From positions 220,596,001 to 220,660,000 of the forward strand of contig OZ024743.1 in NCBI GenBank assembly GCA_964016885.1: 64,000 nucleotides of DNA, written 5' to 3'. The stretch is from Eledone cirrhosa (lineage: Eukaryota). The translations under genes and the position numbers were made by a program. The notes beneath the pieces were generated by a model. It was not told the origin of the DNA, did not search any database, and worked only from the letters and a program-made list of their open reading frames with translations. Of this stretch, positions 30,099 to 46,867 are shown piece by piece (the first letter of the stretch is position 1; each line of letters opens with the position of its first letter).

Positions 30099-30752
30099 AT
30101 AGAAATCACATGAATCAAAGTTCTGTTCAAACCATTTATTAGCTTACAATTGTCTCGTCCAAACCGTGGTTTGGAGTCTTGGGAGCAATTTTTCAATGAT
30201 TGTTCACATACATGACCTCCTTTCCAACACAAGAGACATACAGAAACATATGTATATATCGATGCACAGTGGGGTGACATCCATTATAATATTTTTACAT
30301 GGCAATTTAAATTCAAAAATTAAAATCAAAATCATATTAAAACAAAATTAAAGTTAAAATACAACATCGTGTATGCCCCACGTGCATGCAATAGTTACAC
30401 ATGCATGCCCCACGTGTAACTATTGCATGCACTAACTACTTCAAATGACTAACAATCTATCCTCTTGCATTATCTTCGTAAACTGCCGATGTATTTTAAC
30501 GTTAATTTTGTTTAAATATGATTTTGATTTTAATTTTTGAATTTAAATTGCCATGCAAAAATATTATAATGGATGTCACCCCACTGTGCATCGATATATA
30601 CATATGTTCCTGTATGTCTCTTGTGTTGGAAAGGAAGTCATGAATGTAAACAATCATTGAAAAATTTGTCCGAAGACTCCAAACCTCGGTTTGGACGAAA
30701 CAATTGTAAGCTAATAAATGGTTTGAACAGAACTTTGATTCATGTGATTTCT
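30099..30752. repeat. Inverted repeat (~270-bp arms), PLE-like family E with degenerate HHR; nested hairpin in loop
   Basis: Arms ~30099-30368 and ~30487-30752; CCGAAGA-CTCCAAACC tc GGTTTGGAC-GAAAC-AATT-GTA at 30670-30708, then AATAAA. Confidence 0.9.
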
Positions 30753-30759
30753 CTCTCTC

Positions 30760-30919
<160 letters not shown>

Positions 30920-30920
30920 A

Positions 30921-31007
<87 letters not shown>

Positions 31008-31230
31008 TACATATATACACATATATATATATACAAACACATATATATCTACATATATATACAGACATACACACACACATATATATATGTAGATATATAT
31101 GTGTGTATATATATGTATATATATGTGTGTGTGTGTGGGGGGGGGGGTTGTATGTATATATATATATATATATGCGTGTGTATATCAGTGTATATGTATA
31201 TATATATATATACATACATATTTATATACG

Positions 31231-31336
<106 letters not shown>

Positions 31337-31442
31337 TATAAATATATATCTACATAGGCATATATAGCTATATATGTATATAGGTGTATGTATTTAAACA
31401 CACGCACACAAACAGACACCCTAACGCATATATATATATACA

Positions 31443-31491
<49 letters not shown>

Positions 31492-32584
31492 ACCTATTCT
31501 TAGAATCAAAACTGAATATTTGTGAACTTATTGATTCAAATGCTGGACACATTTGTACCATACGATACTGCATACAGCATACAACATAAAGCATACAGCG
31601 GAGCTATTATTAATTGTTACAAAATAAACAAATCAACTGAATACATTACATTAAATACGTCTGTTAGATAAGCCTTTTGAAAGAGGGTCGTAAAAGAAGC
31701 TAAAGCATATGAAAACCCGGAGCTGCTTGTTGAAAAGATTTGAAAGAGAAAAATAAATAGCAGAGAAATAAAGACGCAGAAAGTCTTCTGCTAACATCTT
31801 AAAATCAATGAAAACCTGACTAAATAATGTAAATTCAATATGTGACTCTAAACCAAGGTCACCTTTACTTAGAAACATTCATTTTATCAGCAATTTACAG
31901 ACCCGATGGAAACAAGTATTATTTTTCATTATTCACTCGCCATTACCAACATTACTGTCTCTGTTTAAATACAAACAGAAAATAATAAGAACACGAATAA
32001 GAATAATAGTAGTAGTAATAATAATAATAATAATAACAATAATAATAATAATGATAATAATAATAATAACAAGAATAAGAATAAGAATAAGAATAAGAAA
32101 AATAAGAATAATAGTTTCCTTTATAAAGATAACAGTAATATTGATAATTATAAAATAACAATAGAGCAATAATGGTACTAAATTGGCATACAACAATTGT
32201 CATTTATTTTAAAGGAAATTTCTGTGTTTAAATTAGATTTTATTCAATAAAAGTTCAACTCTAGATCATCTAGCTGCATTCCGTTTGTAGTTTCCATTGT
32301 TCCTGAAATGGAAGAAACATAATTTGGAAGAATTAGTGAAAAATCATTCCGATTTCCGACTAAACCTTTCAATGAAATTCTATGAAATAAAATAATGATA
32401 ATGATAATAAACTGTTCACCGATCGAAACATTGTTTTCATAATAATGATAATAATAATATGCAAACCCTAGAAATTTACAAAATATTTCCCAAAATAACG
32501 TTTTACGAGTCGGCCTAACAAAATGGAGTACAATCCTCGTCTTAAACCATGACAAAGGAGTCATACAGTTGGATAAATTAATGG

Positions 32585-33700
32585 CGGAATATTTCAAGGT
32601 AACTCTCTTTTGCCTTACACTCTTTCCAATATCAGGTGCGCTCAACAATACGGGATACAGGTATGAGATGAACAGCAACAATGAGGTTATTAACCATTTG
32701 TTTTTTATGAATGACCTCAAAATTTACGCTAAAATCTACCAAGACCGTTAACACCCGTGGAGCAATTTAGCAATAACATTGGCATGGAATTTGGTTTTGA
32801 CAAATGTGCTATAGCAACGTTTAAAAGAAGAAAGCTTACAGAAACATCAACTGTTAAACTCGATATAGATACAACGATACAGCAGTTAGACCTAGAAAGC
32901 ACCTATAAATAAATACTTTGGCATAAACGAACGTGATGGAATTAAATATAGTGAAAGAATATTACAGAAGAGTAAGGCTAATCCTAAAACCTGAGATAAA
33001 TTTTAACAACCGTTTCCAGGCTATGAAAAAAACGTAGCTGTACTAGTGGTACAATAGAGTTATAACATCAATTGGAACTTATTTTATCTTCAAAGAATGG
33101 ACTGAAAAACTCGACAACTACTTTCAGCCAACAACATGCATCACCCAAGGCAGTCATAGATCGTTTATATATGCCAAGACAAAAAGGAGGAAGAGAGCTA
33201 ATCTAACTGGAACTGTCATACAACATAACTACAATAGGCTTGAAAACGTACCTAGAGAGCACAAAAGACTGGATGATGGTGTTAGTAAGAGATTAGGTAA
33301 ACAAAAAGAAACTCCATTCAGTATTCAAAGAGACAGGAAAGTAGAGGAAGGAACTAATCATTGAAGAAATACGTTAAAATAATGAAGCTGACCTAATTCC
33401 AACCGAGGCAGCAAAAGTATACTGAAACAAGGCAAAATCAGCAGGTCGAAAAATATTTAGAGAAAGATGGCAACAAAAATCTCCGCACAGTCAATTCCCA
33501 CTTCGCACTCAAGACCCTGATGTAGATTAAGCGCAAACCCATAAGTGCCTGCGAAGTTCGGGATTAAATGCTGAAACAGAAGGCTTTATCTTTGCTGCGC
33601 AGGACCAGAGCATTTTACTAGGAATTATTTGGTATATATTGTTAAAAATGGAGCAGATCCCAGATGCAGGATCCGTGACGTAAAGCCTAAAACTATTGAC
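32585..33700 (+). mobile_element. Highly degenerate R4/Dong-clade LINE reverse-transcriptase fragment
   Basis: LFCLTLFPIS..LNNTGY...INHLFFMNDLKIYAK; FSNNIGMEFGFDKCA; MHHP..IDRLYMPRQKGGR; GLNAETEGFIFAAQDQSI. Confidence 0.85.
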
Positions 33701-34684
33701 TATATAGAGTAAGGGTTTCATTTTAATTATACAAGACCAAGACCAGTGTCCTTCAACGCGCATCTTTCAAGCCAATGTGATCAGAAATGGAACTGACACA
33801 AAGTGTTGATAAGCATGTTGAGACCATTGAACACCTGGCTTCCGGCTGCAAAGTATTATCTCTCCAGGAATACAAAACTGACTGTCTTTCCACAACAAAA
33901 GAAAGCGGTGATGGGGATATTCATGAGGGACTTGACTAATAGTCAGGTCCAATCTACAGAATATAAATGCTGTTCGATATAATTCCACAAATCAACACAT
34001 TTCGAACAGTTGGAAATCATGTTTGCGAAACGTTTGCACTTCTCTTTTTATCGACTAATCCCTCACATCCATAGCCTATCCCTAAAATGATATTCCAGAA
34101 AAACCGGAAAATTCCCAAGAACCCTTCTGAACTCTTGAAAAAATGCAGCCGCTTTGCTACGATTCATGCATAGGCAGTTGCTCATGCGAATGCACCATGG
34201 ACTCACCATTCGATTCCTGGAAGATCGTCCCTACCTCAAGATTAAATTCTGTACAGGCTCATTACTTCTCTGTCAAACATTCCGGCTTTCAGTTTGGAGT
34301 GGCCCTTGGAATGGCTTGTTCTAGCTCTTGAAGCGTCTTCCTGTGACATAGATCTTCTACAACGAGGCTTTTCTCTCAAACTCTTCGCATGATGAGGTGT
34401 AGAAGAAACTCTGCCCCAATTAGTGTGTTTGTACTTTGCTTGACGTTGAGAACTGCTTAAAAGCTAATTCTGGTTGTTGTGGCAAGTTTGGTTGTTGTTG
34501 ATAATGCTGACGCTGTTAGTGTTGTTGTTGTTGTTATTATTGCTGTCGTTGTGGTTGCTACTCTTCTTATTGCTATTGTGGTCCTTGTTGTTGATGTGGC
34601 TTTGATGTTTACAGCAGTTCAGGCATTCCTTCTTTGCTAGTTGCTATGAACAGAAATTCCACGGATGTTACAAGAAGAAGACAA

Positions 34685-35000
<316 letters not shown>

Positions 35001-35554
35001 TCAACAATGATAATTATTTTTTAATAATTATATTGAAGATGAAATTTATTGTAAAACGAACGTGTTTCTATGTATAATTATGTTCTTTTTGTGTGATTTA
35101 AGTGGCGGGAAGGGATGAGTGAGTGAGTGACTGACTAGATATGAGATAGTGAAAATGAAAGTTGGAAACAAGTAATTTCTATGTTACAAGGAAGAGTGTA
35201 AAAGGGAATTTTGGTGGTGGGGTTGGGTAGGGGATACATTTGTATGCAATAATTCAGACCGGGAATATCAGAGGAAACGAACGCACAGTAGTTTCTGATG
35301 AGTATATTTTCATAAAATGACAAAAGATATGGCTTAAACGATGTTTTTTTTTTGTATTCATATTATTATTAGTATCAGTGTTATGCCATGCAACAGTGTG
35401 GAGAGAGAAAGAGAGATAAAGAGAGAGAAAGAGAGAGAAAGAGAGAAGGAGAGAGAAACAAAATGGCGTTAAAGTAATTGGTCAGTGTTTCATAAAATTT
35501 TATTTTGTATTATCATTGATTAGTTGTTAGTGTTGTTCGGAGGTGGAGCAGCCA

Positions 35555-35906
35555 CTGATGTTGTTCTTGTTGGTGTTGTTGATGGTGTTGATATTGTTGG
35601 TTTTAAATTATCATTGTTTTGTTGTTGTTGTTGTTGTTGTTGTTGTTGCTGATGGTGTTGTTGCTGCTGTTGTTCTTGTTGGAGATGGTGTTGACATTGT
35701 TGTTGTTGGTGTTGTTGTTGTTAATTGTTGTTGGAGATAGTATTGTCATTGCTGATGTTGGTGTTGTTGTTGATGTTGTTGCTGATGGTATTGTTGGTGT
35801 TGTTGATGTTGGAGATGGTGTTGACATTGTTGTTGTTGGTGTTGTTGCTGCTGTTGTTGATGTTGCTGATGGTGTTGTTGTTTTTGATGATGTTGTTGAC
35901 GATATT

Positions 35907-35937
<31 letters not shown>

Positions 35938-36930
35938 GAGATGGTGTTGTGATTGTTGTTGTTGGTCTTGCTGTTATTGTTGTTGTTGTTGGTGTTGTTG
36001 ATGTTGTTGTTGATGTTGTTGACTATGTTGTTGGTGTTGTCGGGGATGGTGTTGTCATTTTGTTGGTGACGTTGTTGGTGTTGTTGCTGATGTTGTTGTT
36101 GCTGTTGTTCTTGTTGGTGGAGGTGGTGGAGCTTGTAGTGTTATTGCTTTTGATGTTGTTGTTGTTCTGGTGGTGGTGGTGGTGGTGGTGGTGGTGGTGG
36201 TGGTGGTGGTGGTGGTGGTGGTGACGTTTTGTTGCTGATGTTGTTGTTGGCTGTAATGTTGCTACTGTTGTTGGTGGTATTAATGTTGTTGATATTGTTG
36301 CTGGTGGCGGTTGCGTTATTGTTACTGGTGATATCGATATTGCTATTGCTGTTGTTGTTGTTGTTGTTGTTGGTTGTATTACTGTTGATCGTAACATTAT
36401 TTGTGGTGGCGTTATTTTTTATGTTGTTGTGATTGTCAATGTTATTGTTGTTAGTGGTGGTGGTGGTATTACTAATATTGTTGCTGTTTGTGGTGGTGTT
36501 ATCATTGATGTTGTTGTTAGTGTTGTGATTGTCAATGTTATTGTTGTTAGTGGTGGAGGTGATATTGCTAATGTTGTTATTTGTGGTTGCGTTATTATGC
36601 TTGTTTATAATGGCGTTTATGTTATTGAGAAAGTTTGTTTTTGATGGTGGTGGCGGTATTGTTGTTTTTAATGGTAAGCATATTGTTCTTGATGTTTTCT
36701 TGTCATCTATGTTGGTGTTATTGTTGTTGATATTATTTGTAGTCTTGGTGTTTGCGTTATTGTTATTATTGTGGTGGTAGTGTTGCTGTTATTGTTATTA
36801 TTGTGGTGGTAGTGTTGCTGTTATTGTTATTATTGTGGTGGTAGTTTTGCTGTTATTGTTGTTTGTGGTGTCAGTATTGTTGTTAATGTTTGTGTTATTG
36901 GTGGTATCATTGTTGTTGATGTTGTTCATT
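35555..36930. repeat. Degenerate (GTT)n/(GGT)n low-complexity tract
   Basis: Direct inspection; internal duplications such as GTTGGAGATGGTGTTGACATT. Confidence 0.9.
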
Positions 36931-38594
36931 AACTGGAAAATAATGAGTTTTTTCTTAACTAATCAATGCCGAATAGCAGATATTTAATTGAATTTCGATA
37001 AAGCAGAAAATTATGCAAGTAAAAATATCTATGTCTCTTGCCTCTCGTTTTTAGTTGCATGATTTATTAATTTTTTTTTCAATTTCTTTTGTATTGTATT
37101 ATGACAACATTGGCATATCTTAAAACGATATTTCAATCTAGAAAAATAGAACTTTTTTGGTTGATTATTTAGATTAAATAAAAAAAGAGGGAAAAAAAAT
37201 CTTGCACAGATTTTCATACATGGTGGGTGTGAGTGTTTTGTCTTTGATTGGAGACGACAATGATAGATTCTAAGTTTACATATTTTCACATCAATACTAA
37301 TAAAAAAAAACAAACACTATACGACAATGCCCTCATATTTTTGCAGTTTAAAAGGAAAAAGGAATACAATTTTGTTTCTTTTAAATTTTAAAATTGAATT
37401 TCATTTTGAATTTTCATTCTCGATATCATTCTCTTCAACACTTTATTACATAAACACAGGGGTGGGGAGATTTCGAAACGGAAAATTTGATAGGGGAAGG
37501 GGTTTGATCTATTTATGCATGTCTCAACACCGCCATCTGGGCTTTGGGCGCCTTTAGCGGAGTTCACCCTGATGAAAGCATTCTGGCCAAGCCTATAATT
37601 TGAGAATTCCTTTTTATTCCACCCCGCCAATGCCTTCGTATTCCACCCCCGCCTCTCAGCAGTCTCATAGGTAATACAAAATTTCCGACTAAACATATGT
37701 TTTTGTTAAATCCCACCAAAGACAACCACGAATAATAATGGTTTTGCGGACTCAGATCATGGTGAGCTTATTATTTCATGTATAAAGAGCTCATTTTACT
37801 TCAATTTGTATATTTTACATTGATTTGACGGATGGTTTTAGGTTTACAGTAGTTTACAGTAGTTTATCAAGGCAGTACTGTATTGATTATACCTTCAAAA
37901 ACAATTTAGAGATGTAACTGATGTAAGTTTTAGCACTGTAAACGAAGCAGTAATCGAAGCCACATCGCGAATTCGTATGTCATATATTAAGTTCTGTAGA
38001 GTGGTGTGTGTTTCACAGCTAGACTAGGTATGTAATTGTAATGTATAAACATAATATATATATATATGACAATATATACTTATATTTTGAACCACGCTGT
38101 GTTAGTTTTACTATTAATTACCGATACGTATTTTATAGATGCCAGTTAAATAAAAAGTAAAATTGTCACGAACATATGATCTGAAAGGAAAAGATGGCCG
38201 ATCTATCACTGCCACAAACTCACTGACATTATAATATTTTATTAATCATTAATATTACGTTCAATATATTGCTGAAAATAATGATTGTTTAATAGCCGTA
38301 ACGGAGCTTTTGATTCAGAACTTTATAGTGATCAAATTAGAGATTTATTTCATTTCTATCTGAGGGTTCAATAAAACCAACGCTTATATTAAGAAAGGTG
38401 TTCTGTTTGCAATTCTTCAAGATAAGGGAAACATATTAAAACGATTGAATCTCTACATGAAGCTACATTAATTACCACATGGAACATTAATTGTTTACTA
38501 ACATCACACGTAGAAGCGTGATCTCTGTATGGAAATTTTATTTGATTCTCTCGGATATTATCGTGTTTCGATGTTGGACTTTCGTGACTGTGTA

Positions 38595-38654
<60 letters not shown>

Positions 38655-38664
38655 TATATACATA

Positions 38665-38858
38665 TGTTTATCCCGGCTTCAATCAGGGGTGAACACAGTA
38701 AGTAAGGTACTCAATACAAAACATAGTATAAATATTTAATATAGAAATGGCTTCTACAGGACTATAACTGTTTCATTCGGGAGAAATAATCATGACTTTC
38801 TGATGATTTCTCCCGAATGAAACAGTTCTAGTCCTGTAGAAGCCATTTCTATATTAAA
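38665..38858. mobile_element. PLE-like family A: fold-back palindrome (38735-38858) with HHR core CTGATGA...GAAAC, in (TA)n
   Basis: CTGATGA at 38800; same architecture at 59922-60120 and, degraded, at 59100-59220. Confidence 0.75.
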
Positions 38859-39650
38859 AAAAAATATATATATACACATATACATATATATGTATACACA
38901 CACAGACAGACAGACCCACCTCCATATATATATGTATGTACATATATAGACATATTTGCATGTACATAATACATATGCATATGTTAATATACATATATAT
39001 TTTCTGTAAAGCCCAAATAGATATAAAGATAGCCGGCTCGCTTGTGTGGTAATAATGTAATAATTTTCGATTCAATCTAAAAGGTTTTTATTCAAACCGG
39101 AGAAGGAAGAAATTACGATGAAGAGCTCTCATTTATCATCTGTCATAGGTTATAATTAATCTTCACTTAAAATTAGAAATTTAATGACTAATTAAATGAT
39201 GTCAGCTGAGTATTTACATAGCTTATTTCCAAGATTTTAAGACAAAAATTTACAATTTTGATTCTTTAAATAATCCGCTTACTATATGCTATGACAACTA
39301 AAATAGTTGAAACTCGCTTTTTATCATTGTATCTCTCTGTATACATACATGCATGCACACTAACAAACCAACATTTGTATGTATAAAGAAATACATACAT
39401 ACGTACATAAATATAAACATACATACATGCATGCATATACATATAGATCATATACAGACACACACACACACACATATATATGTATTTATACATATGTATG
39501 TATGTATTATGTATGTATGTATGTATGTATGTATTTGTGTGTGTTTGCAAGTGTCATTTATTTAAAATGCAATGATTCTCGAAAATATATTTGTTCTACA
39601 TTGCCTAGTAGTGTATGCTCATATCCTTACATATATACATACATACATAA

Positions 39651-39764
<114 letters not shown>

Positions 39765-39780
39765 TACACGCATATATATA

Positions 39781-39862
<82 letters not shown>

Positions 39863-42182
39863 ATGTGTGTGTGTGTGTGTGTATATGTACATATATATAC
39901 ATAAATATATATTTATATATGTATGAATAGAGAGTAGAATTTAATCTTTTTCTTTTCAATTTTCCATTATTTGCAACACGATTCTGTTTGTAGTAAAAAC
40001 TAGAGGAAATCTGTAAATCTCTAGAGAAAATACATTATTTACAAGGAAATTAATAGAGGTAATTTTTTGTGAAAATTTTAATTTCTTGGAAAATTATTTT
40101 ATTCTTGAAAGTTAAATCGACACTTTATTTCAGTTATATTATCAATTATATTTTTTTCGAAAGCAAAGTAATTATGTTTCAATTAGAAATACTTCATGAT
40201 ACTTATGCATGTTTCTTCACAAAACCCAAATACATGTTGTCTTAGAATCAACAAATTAGTGTACGTTTCAAACAAAAAAAAAGAAAAAAGAAAAATAAAT
40301 AAATAGAAAAATAGATTAATAAATACAAATAAAAACAAAGTGTGCCATTCCTTTGTTTCTTATATTATATATCAAATACTTAGTGTTGCTGTATGATGTT
40401 CAAAGTATTGTTTGTTCGTCTTTTCTGTAAATTTAAATATCTTGTTTTGTCACTTTCTGATGAAAGAAATGAGAAGAAACTTCTGTATGTCGCATTCTGA
40501 GTATAAATAAATGATTGCAATAAACAAAAGCAAAAAAAAAAAACTCCCCACCCCAACAAAAATAGCAAATCAAAAAAGAAAACAAACAGACAAAACCAAA
40601 ATCAAAGAGAAAGTAAATGATATTTCCTTACGCAGTCGCATGGAGGTATTTGTTGAATATAATTACAATACCTCACTCGTTCTTTTCTCGTTGAATGTGA
40701 TGTAGTCGATTTTATTAAGCTAAGAAACTGAATATTACTACATATTTACAAAGTTTCTCTAGATGTCTCTAAGAATATTCCTAATTGGGTTATATTTCCA
40801 TTTATGAAAAATATATTTAATTACCCGAAATAACGAAGCCGTATAAACCTTTAACAATCGCAGAGAGACTCATCTTTATGAACAATATACTAAATATACT
40901 GTTTCCTGCAAATCCGTTTCCATATTACGATGATCATTGTGACTATTAACTTGGTGTTGCTGGCAGTACCACATCATGGCTTCGTTCCACATATTTCTCC
41001 GCATATTTCACTTCGATAATAACAATTCTAGTACCAATGTATTTTGAATACCATCTGTCGTGCCGTCATGCCGTCTTTTTGCTATCATAAGATTGCATTA
41101 AATATTCAAATTCTATTTTATATTTAAATTAGTAAACCGTTCAGTTTTTAACCACTATTTTACAAGATATTCATGCTGATACTGTATAACAGTAGTTATC
41201 ATTATTCCCCAGTTGCAAAGTATGGATCTTATATATTGTATTTCTGCTCTTTTCTTGAAAATAATTGTTAAGGCTTGACAAAAATCTTTCTCTGACAGAA
41301 AGCACTTTTTTTAAAGAATATGAGCTGTTCAAAGGTGGGACAATTATGTGGTGTGGTCGCATATTTGCCTTGAGGTATAACTGTTTTACTAAAAGTATGT
41401 GATTAAGTATTGCTGTGAAGTAATAACATCAGATATTTGTTACACCCTATAGAGGATGAGTTCTAGAAATACCCCACGCGTTTATTGTCTTAATGTTAAT
41501 GTGAAAACATTGCGAAAACGCATCTAAAACTAGAGACACTACTAATAACCAATCCACATTTTGCTTTTAGACGCCTGGCAAAATTTAACTATATGAAATT
41601 AAATGAACCACATGCAGCATATTTAGGTAACATTTCAATACAAGGAAGCATGTTCCTAGGTCACCCGTCGGCTTCGACGAAGAGTTTTCTAGTTGTTCAA
41701 TCAATGGAACAGCTTGCTCGTGAAATAACGTGACAAAACACAATTACCTTGGAGATTCTTCGGGATACGGTATAAGACAAAGTTAGCCTTTTGAATTACA
41801 GGCATGGACCAAACGTGGAATAAAGTTTCTTGCTCAAAGGCACAATCCACTGTCAGGAATCGAACTCATGGCCTTAAGATTGTGAGTCAAGCCCCCTCAC
41901 CATTAAGCCACACATGTGACAGCATACTGATTTGTTTGTTAAATATGGTGGAGAATGTTCCGTTTAATGTTATGTTGATCTAATATCATGGCCTATATTT
42001 CTCTGTCACAGCTGAGGAGAACGTTCCAGTTACATTTCGTTTTCTAGTAAGCTTGCTTGTTAAATAATTAACACCATATTATTTTCTATACAAGTATGGT
42101 GGGAGAAAGAACAGTTTTGAAATGTATATATATATATATATATACACATACACACAGACACACACACACAGACAGACAGATC

Positions 42183-42281
<99 letters not shown>

Positions 42282-42386
42282 TTGGGAGAGTTCAGGTTTG
42301 AATCTGTAATAAATTTCATTCTAATTTGGTTTTCGTTTTGATTTTAAATGCATTTTTGTGTTATCCACATCATGTTTAAAGATATA

Positions 42387-42447
<61 letters not shown>

Positions 42448-42555
42448 TGTGTGTGTGTGTGTAGGAATAAGAAAATAAATTAAAGAGAGAGAATGAAAGA
42501 GGTGATATAGAATAGAAGGTAGATAGATAAATAGACAGATAATGAGAACGAGAGG

Positions 42556-42640
<85 letters not shown>

Positions 42641-42796
42641 TGAGGAGTAAAGGTTGTGAACCGGTACCGGCTTTTATAAGTGGCAACCTTTAGAGAATAG
42701 TTATAATAGAATAACATTTTAAGCTGATTGGTTTTCTGTGCAAAAATATATAATTACTTGACATAACCATACATACATACATATAAATATACATAC

Positions 42797-42858
<62 letters not shown>

Positions 42859-43614
42859 ATCCATAGATACATATATATATATATACATACGTACATACAA
42901 ACATATATACATATATACATATATACATACATACAAAATATACATACATACATACATATATACATAACCATACATACATACATACATAACTATACATACA
43001 TACATACAGCCATCCACGCTGTTTATGAGTAAATTTGTGGTTAACGCTTTGAAAACAACAACAATAAACACTAAAGAGAACAGGTTATATCTCCTGTTAT
43101 ATTGAAATTCAGTCAATGCAAATGGTGTTAGGGGAGGGTGGGTGGTAAGAGAAGTGTACGAAGTACATATATGGCTAGGCACAACAAACTGTCTGTCTGA
43201 TCACTTTCTGCAGTCATATTAAGTATAATGCACTTGTGATGTTTTTTTGAAATTTTATTTTCTCTTTTTATCTTCTTCTTAGTAATGTTGCTTTTATTTG
43301 TACAACAATAAATGACATTTGAGAGTAATATGTACATCTATAAAATAGTAAAATAAACATCTTAAATAAAAATTGAAAAAAAAAAAAAATGAGATTGAAG
43401 TAAAAGAGGAACGGGGTGAGACATATGTGAGAATATGTTGAAATAACTGCTGCTCTATAACAGAAGTGGGAGAGAGAGATAGAGAGAAAGATATACATAT
43501 ATATATATATATATAGAGAGAGAGGGGGGGGTGAAAGAAAGATAGAGATAGAGAGCGAGAGAGAAGAGAGAGAAAGAGATAGAGAAAGAGAGAAAGAAAG
43601 AAAGAGAGAGAGAT

Positions 43615-43651
<37 letters not shown>

Positions 43652-44519
43652 GAGATAGAGAGATAGAGAACTAGATAGAGGTAGATAGATAGATAGATAG
43701 ATAGAGAGATAGAGAGAGAGAACGAGGGAGAGAGAGAGAGAGTGAGATAAAGAAAGAGAGAGAGAGTAAGAGTGAGAGAGGGAGAAAGTCATTCTATTTA
43801 ATGCAAGTAATTCTAATATTATGTTAACGTTTTCATGACGATCAGCATATTCTCCATTTTGCTTTTGCTTAAAAGCATTCATTGAGTAAAAGAGATATAT
43901 AAGGGTTTTTTTTTCAAATAGGAAATTGTTGCAATAGCTTTGAGGGTAGAGTGTGTGGAACCAATCAATTCGTAATGAAGTAAGTTTTGAGTAATAACAA
44001 TAATAATAAGTGCAGCGGTATTATAACAAGGTTAATGACTCGATGTAAAAAAAAAAAAGAAAATTCGACAAAAGTTGATGATAAATAAATCGAATTAATA
44101 TTAATTACAATAAGAGTAATAATATTAATAGAAATATTTAAAAAAAAACAGATACAATAAACATTCTGATCAACCTGGTATTTTAGATATATTTTTAATT
44201 GTATATTTTTGTAGTATTTTTTTTTCGCCTTTTCGAATGAATTAAATGAAAAAATAGCATACCACAACTACTTGAGAGTTTTTGTTTGTTTTTTAAATTT
44301 TATTTTATGTAGAAAATAAGAAGTTCTGTCAGCGATGTATTATTAATATTATTATTATTTATGAAGGAAAGAAAAAAATTCTTTACCAAATATTTTACTG
44401 TATACAACGTAGTCCCTGACATGTTGGGTTCTTGGTTGTGTGCTTTCGGAAAATCTGATGTTTTATTTTACATATATAGTGTGCATGGTATTTCTATGTG
44501 TATACATACATACATACAT

Positions 44520-44639
<120 letters not shown>

Positions 44640-44690
44640 ATATTATGTATGTGTGTGTGTGTGTACATATCTATACACATATATATATAC

Positions 44691-44765
<75 letters not shown>

Positions 44766-45104
44766 TATATATATATATGTACATATATATAAACATATAT
44801 ATATATGTATATATATATGTATGTATATACGTATATAATTATATATGTGAGTTTACTTGACGTGCGCGTTTATATTTGTTTCTGTTGTATGTATGTTTGT
44901 TATATGTATGTTTATGTTTGCATTTATATGCATATATATATAAGCATATATATATTCTTTGGTAGATGTATATGTACTTATATGTAGGCATAAGATTTAT
45001 GTGCGTATAAAGACACTAACACATGTGTATATAATTATTTAAATAGTGTGTACGTGGGGTATACGGGGTATATGTATGTATAAATAACTGTAATAAAACA
45101 TGAT

Positions 45105-45249
<145 letters not shown>

Positions 45250-45274
45250 TTATACATATATACATATATATATG

Positions 45275-45308
<34 letters not shown>

Positions 45309-45370
45309 TATATATCATTATACATATATACATACATATATATATATATACATATATATTTTTATATATA

Positions 45371-45415
<45 letters not shown>

Positions 45416-45487
45416 GAGATTAGAGAGATAGACAGATGGGGAGGCGTAAGAAATGGCGAGTTTAAGAGAAAGGTTAAGAGAGAGAGA

Positions 45488-45561
<74 letters not shown>

Positions 45562-45935
45562 AGGGAGAGAAAGAGATATACAGTCATCGTTGGAAATATG
45601 TTTAAGTGGTAGGAACATTGTAATTAAGGCGAAATCATGTCATGTATACACCATATACATGATATACATAAGAATGAAACGACGATATACAATTACCTAA
45701 CATCTTTGTAGAAATATACAGGCGTCCCAACAACACTTCTCTACAGCAAGTTTCACTTTATAATATTTGAATTACAGTAATGGAAATATTGATTTGCTTA
45801 ATAGATGTTTCGTTCACATTGATGCAACACAAATATATTCTTATGTCTGTATGTGTGAATATATACATGCATACATACATGCATATACATACATACATAC
45901 ATACATATACATACATATACATACATATACATACA

Positions 45936-46028
<93 letters not shown>

Positions 46029-46245
46029 TTGTATATCCGTATATGTATCTATATTTATATGTATATAGGAATACATATATGTTTATATATGCGTATTCAC
46101 ATACATACACACATGCACACAAGCATATAAATGTATATGTATAAATATATATGTATACATACATATATATATATACATATGCATACGTATGTGTGTATAC
46201 ATACATGAATATACATATATATATACACACACACACACACATATT

Positions 46246-46319
<74 letters not shown>

Positions 46320-46867
46320 CTTATATATACATAAGCTTTTACTCACATATAAACATATAAACGTATAAATATACATATCTTTCGCAATCAAAGTTTTCAT
46401 GTTTTGTTTGAGTTTTTAAATGTCTTACTCCTTTATAAAACATGCCAAATGGTTTTGATTTTTACATTTGATATATTTTTATTGTATTTTTTTCACATTC
46501 ATATATTTATTTTTTCTTCTTTCGGTTTCATTCAGATTTTGTCCATAATATCTTTTGTGATCTTTCTGTTTAATTATTATAATAACTTTTTCTTATTTAG
46601 GCGCAAGCCCAGCAACTTAGGGGAGGGTAAAGCCGATTAAATCGACCCCAGTACTTGACTGGTACTTTATTTTATCGACCCCGAGAGGATAAAAGGCAAA
46701 GTTGACCTTGGTGGGATTTGAACTCAGAACGTAAAAGCCAAAATAAATACTTCAAAGCATTTTTTCCGGCGCTTTAACAGTTCTAATAAAATGTTTATTA
46801 TTATTGTTTATTAATCTTATTTTGTATGGTTATAATTATAGTTTTAATAGCAATGGTAGTAATAATG

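Noticed and set aside
33767-34440. Unique-looking segment with short ORFs, possibly a Tc1/mariner remnant
   Set aside because: No convincing DDE or SPDLNP motif and no TIRs
35543-36780. Long Leu/Val-rich or Thr/His-rich ORFs
   Set aside because: Products of degenerate (GTT)/(GGT) repeats with no domain or splice context
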